Notes under the pieces: model-generated
What the model was told of the DNA's origin: nothing
What the model saw: only the letters and a program-made list of their open reading frames with translations
The model's database searches: none
In this document: piece by piece, positions 59,501-64,000 of the stretch
How positions within the stretch are numbered: the first letter of the stretch is position 1
Layout: each line of letters opens with the position of its first letter
From: Callorhinchus milii
Taxonomy: Eukaryota
Length of the DNA: 64,000 nucleotides
Direction of reading: 5' to 3'
Assembly (NCBI RefSeq): GCF_018977255.1
Contig: NW_024704742.1
Span: 137,702,001-137,766,000, forward strand
Translations under genes and position numbers: made by a program

Positions 59501-62500
59501 AGTGGGAAGAATCGCTGCTCTCAGTAGTGCAGAGTAGACACCAGTTGGTCATTTGGGGACGGTGTCTCTTTGGGCTTTTCTGGCTGCAAAGTTAGATGTT
59601 TGGCAACGGAATGCGATGGTCTCGAGTTCGGTTCAGTGCTCGGAAGGTCTGCAGTGGGTCTGCACTTGGAAGGGCAGAGCAGTCACTGGGGGCAGGGAAT
59701 CCTCCCACTCAGCTCCTGCTAACCCTGCAAGTCAAAGCCCTAACAGTGAGGGTGGTCCAAGCTGGAGAGGGAAGCAGGAAGCTTTCCAGATACAGGGCTC
59801 AACAGCAATTAGGAACTTGGAAGTGGATGTAACAGTGAAGGGATTAGAAAGACGCTCTCACCTCTCTGAACACTGACAGCAATGTCCGACACCATCACCT
59901 AAAGAGACCAAAGAAAGATGAGAGATTGATTTAGATGGTTTGCTGATGACCTTTGTTAGTGCACATGTTATTATAGGGAAAGACTTGTGCAAACCCTCCT
60001 CTTCCTGTTGTGTGGTGTAACCATGGCTACTGAAGCAGGAAGCCAGGCTCATATCACCATCCAAAGCCATTAGCTCCACTGTGTCTGTGCTGGTGCTCTC
60101 TCCCCCACTGGAGCTCTCTACCCTAATCCCATCCCTGCTCTCTCTCCCCATGGCGTCTGTGCTGGTGCTCTCTCCCCCACTGGAGCTCTCTACCCTAATC
60201 CCATCCCTGCTCTCTCTCCCCATGGCGTCTGTGCTGGTGCTCTCTCCCCCACTGGAGCTCTCTACCCTAATCCCATCCCTCCTCTCTCTCCCCATGGCGT
60301 CTGTGCTGGTGCTCTCTCCCCCACTGGAGCTCTCTACCCTAATCCCATCCCTGCTCTCTCCCCATGGCGTCTGTGCTGGTGAAGGAGAGATTGGTGGCCC
60401 CATTAATTGTTATGGGGAACTTTGTGTGAGGAATCAGGTTTCCATGTGTTTCTCTCTGCGTCTCTAACTGTATGTGAGGATTTATCTCCTAACAATCAAT
60501 GGATATTGCGACACCCTGTCTGTGCTGGCGCTCAAGTGAATAAGGTAATAGGAGGATATCTGATGATTAGGTAACAGCAGAGGGAATATCTCGCCTGTGG
60601 TTATCAGGATCTGGGGCGACCCGTCCTGTGTCTGAGCAGATACCCAGTGTGTGGATACACAGCGTTACACAGCAATTACAATTGACAGTGAATGTTGTTA
60701 TGGAGGTAACCGCGGCAGATAATCTGCTGAGCCAGAGGTGAGAGTGCGAGCGGCTGAGACAGACTCACTTGGAATAAACATTACCTTTGTCTGTAAACAC
60801 CTACCTCTCTTTACCCGCCAGATAATGATGGCAGTCACCAGAACGAGCAGCACCACAATGGATACCATAATATAGACAGTACGACCACCATTGCTCTGTG
60901 GTCCAGGTGCGAGGATGTCTCGGGCGTCACTACCCTGTGTGTTCTCAGCTACACAGCGGTAAGTTCCCCTCAGCCTCGGGCCCCGGATCTCCCCCACGGT
61001 TTGATGCTTGTCCGGTACATGTGTGACTGGCGTGTGGCTGGTGTTAATGGGCAGCGTGTTATGCTCGGGGTCGATCCATGTGATGTTGGCCGGTGGTTCC
61101 CCCTCAGCCGAGCACACAATGTCACCTCCAGCTCCATCACCGGCCACGAGGGACAGACTCAGGATGACGGCCGGAGCTTCAGGTTTCAAGAAATACAGAG
61201 TTATTCTAACCAAACAACTTTCCCCATCGTGTCTGTGCTGGTGCTCACTCCCCCACTGGAGCTCTCTACTCTAACCCCATTCCCTGCTCTCTCCCCATCG
61301 TGTCTGTGCTGGTGCTCGCTCCCCCACAGGAGCTCTGTGCTCTAACCCTATTCCCTGCTCTCTCCCCATCGTGTCTGTGCTGGTGCTCTCTCTCCCACTG
61401 GAGCTCTCTACTCTAACCCCATTCCCCGCTCTCTCCCCATCGTGTCTGTGCTGGTGTTCGCTCCCCCACTGGAGCTCTCTACTCTAACCCCATTCCCCGC
61501 TCTCTCCCCATCGTGTCTGTGCTGGAGCTCGCTCTCCCACTGGAGCTCTCTACTCTAAGTCCTTCTGTTTTGCAGTAGATTTTCATGTTGTTCACAATGT
61601 TCCCTTTGAAACACAAAATTTATTTTTCCAATATTCAAGTCTATTCGGGTCCCAGGGCCTTGGGACTTCAAACTTCACTTCACCCCCTCCTGCTCTACCT
61701 CTGCTGACTTCTCCTTCCTCATCTCCTTCCTCATCTCCTTCCTCAACATCTCCCTCTAAATCCACTCAGCCACCCAATTCCGCAGATCACTTGCGGTCTC
61801 ACCGTCTCGTATCTCACCATCACCGACAAAGCCATCTCAGACCATCACTTCATCTCCCTTAACCCCTCAATCCCTCTCCCCACCGCCATCCAACCAACCT
61901 CACTCTGGAGAAAAATTTCCCTCATTGCCTGTCTACCCACGGACATCATAAACTTCTCCCTGTCCACTTGTACCATTCCCACCCCTTTAATAACATTCAC
62001 CATCACTCCTCTCCTTAACAATACCTGCCGTGGACCCTTTCCTGTTCTCAAACTGCAGCCCTATCTCCAACCTCCCTTTCCTCTCCAAAGTCCTGGAAAG
62101 AGTCGATGCTTCCTAGCTTCGTCTTTCCTTTCCGGCCACTCCCATCACGAACCCCTCCAATCAGGTTTCCATGCCACCCACAGCATGGAAACAGCCCTGG
62201 TCAAAGTGACAAATGACATTCTGTTCATCGGCAACGAGCGCTGCCTCTGCCTCCTCATTCTCCTTGACCTCTCTGCTGTCTTTGGCACTGTTGACCATTC
62301 TATCCTCATCTGCCGCCTCTTCTCTCACCTCAACCTTCACGGTTCTGTCCTTGAATAGTTGATATCGTACCTCTCACAATGCCTCCACTTAATCTCCAAA
62401 AACATTTTGTCCTCTAGCCCCGCACCGTCTCGTGCGGAGTTCCTCAGGGCTCTGTCCTTGGTTCCCTCCTCTTCAATATCTATATGCTCCCTCTTGGTGA

Positions 62501-64000
62501 CATCATCCGCAGACATGGGGTCAACTTCCACATGTATGTGGATGACACCCAACTCTCCCTCTCTGCCTCTACCCTTGACTCCAGGACCCACTACTCTCCT
62601 GACACAATGTCTGTCAGACATCAAGTCCTGGATGAGAGCGAACTTTCTACAGTTGAACGTCAACAAGATCGAGGCTCTCCTGATTGGCTCCCGTCAGCGA
62701 CTCCTCACCTCAGGCGCTGACAGCATTACCGTCCATGTTGCACACTCCCTCCACCTCACTGAGCAGTACGGAACCTTGGGGTCTTGTTTGACCCTCAACT
62801 TTCTGTCTTTCTGTCCCACATCTGTGCCATGACCTGCTCTGCCCTCCCCCGCATCCACAATATCGCCCGGCACCGCCACTGTCCCATACCAAAGCCACTG
62901 AAACCCTCATACAGCTTTCATTGCATCCCGGCTTGACTGCAAACTCCTTGTTTGTCGACCTCATCAAATCCTCCCTCCATAATCTACAGAACAGTCAGAA
63001 CGCTGCAGCTCATGTCCTCTCCCACACCATACCCTCTAAGCCCCATCCTGGCCCGACTCCACTGGCCTCCCATCACACAGAGGATACAGTTCAATATCCT
63101 GGTCATCACCTTTCAAAGCCCTTGAAGGCCTCGCTCCCCCCTACCCCTGTGACCTCCTAACACACTATCAACCTCCTCAATCCCTCCGCTCAGCGGGCTC
63201 CAGCCTGCATCACGTCCCCCGCCTGCACTCCCACCAATGACGGGCCGGCCTTCAGCCACTCTGCACCCACCCTCTGCAACTCCATCCTGCAGTGCCTCCA
63301 CATCACCTCTGCCTTGCCTCTTTGAAGACGCATCTCAAGACCCTCCTCTTCAACCGTGTTTTTGATCAACACCCTTCCCCCATTGCCCTTCACGCTCCCC
63401 AATCCCGACCCCCAGCTCGAGTCCAACACACCAACTTTCCAGGGCTTTGGGCCTGACATGAAAGACAATATACAAATTTACTTTGTTGTATTTTGTTTCT
63501 TTAGATATTTGTTAATAAGAAATATTTAAGATCAAATGTGTAAAACATTAGTATTTCAGACATTTGATAATCACAAGAACATAAAAGAGGTTTGTGTGAA
63601 GAAAGTGTCCGGCCTCAACCACCCTTCCTGGTAACCGCTTCCAGCCATTAATTACCCTCTTTACAAAGAAATACTTCCTGGTATCTGTTCTTATTCAGGG
63701 TCACAACACTGACCCTGTGCCCTCCTGACGTACCTGAGAGCAATGACGTAGTTCTTATCAAATCCGTGAAGACAATCAATAAGTTCTACACTGTCCCCTG
63801 TCGGGTAACTAAATATTGCTGTTCTGATGGCAGTGCAGTGTCTGGGATGGTAACCAGTCTGTCTTGTTCCGACACTGATGGACCTGGTCGTGTGTTTAAG
63901 TTTTGCTTTACTCGGAGGGTAATCAGGGATTGGAACAGGTGGCCAGGAAGGGTGGCTGAGGCCAGGACACTGGGACTCATTTAAAAAGCAGTTGATACTG
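56526..64000 (+). repeat. Segmental duplicate of about 19670-28500
   Basis: Collinear exons, L2 fragments and minisatellites. Confidence 0.92.
57030..61176 (-). CDS. SIGLEC15-like: Gene D (partial): inhibitory-type paralog of gene B; leader, V1 and V2 expected beyond the right edge
   Basis: Exons 61176-60805 (C2/TM), 59898-59862, 58813-58761, [58632-58580], 58167-58108 and 57089-57030. Both 60-nt exons encode VIYSVV. The YAN and terminal exons are not present at the expected place. Confidence 0.72.

Overview
This is vertebrate genomic DNA. The L2/CR1 LINE and Deu-domain SINE content suggests a cartilaginous fish (inference). The window holds a head-to-tail, minus-strand tandem cluster of Siglec-15-like Ig receptors, which I rebuilt by hand from splice sites. 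The architecture is leader - V-set 1 - V-set 2 - fused C2/TM exon - cytoplasmic exons. Genes A (12042-5397, 409 aa) and C (53857-39959, 414 aa) have a transmembrane Lys and a short tyrosine-free tail (activating type). Gene B (32453-16154, about 506 aa) and partial gene D (>61176-57030) have a neutral TM and tandem-duplicated ITIM mini-exons (inhibitory type). A further leader exon at 1418-1367 belongs to a gene running off the left edge. The ectodomains are nearly identical and mosaic across genes. The Siglec sialic-acid-binding Arg is kept in inhibitory gene B but is Cys in both activating genes. Intron 1 of gene C holds a young, full-length L2 LINE with a 6-bp TSD and about 14 perfect 88-bp 5' monomers, each carrying TATA-like and Inr motifs. 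A second L2 copy sits tail-to-tail with it. The rest is LINE/SINE debris, minisatellites and recent segmental duplication, with a probably mis-oriented segment next to a 25-N gap. Most ORFs in the supplied track are not genes.
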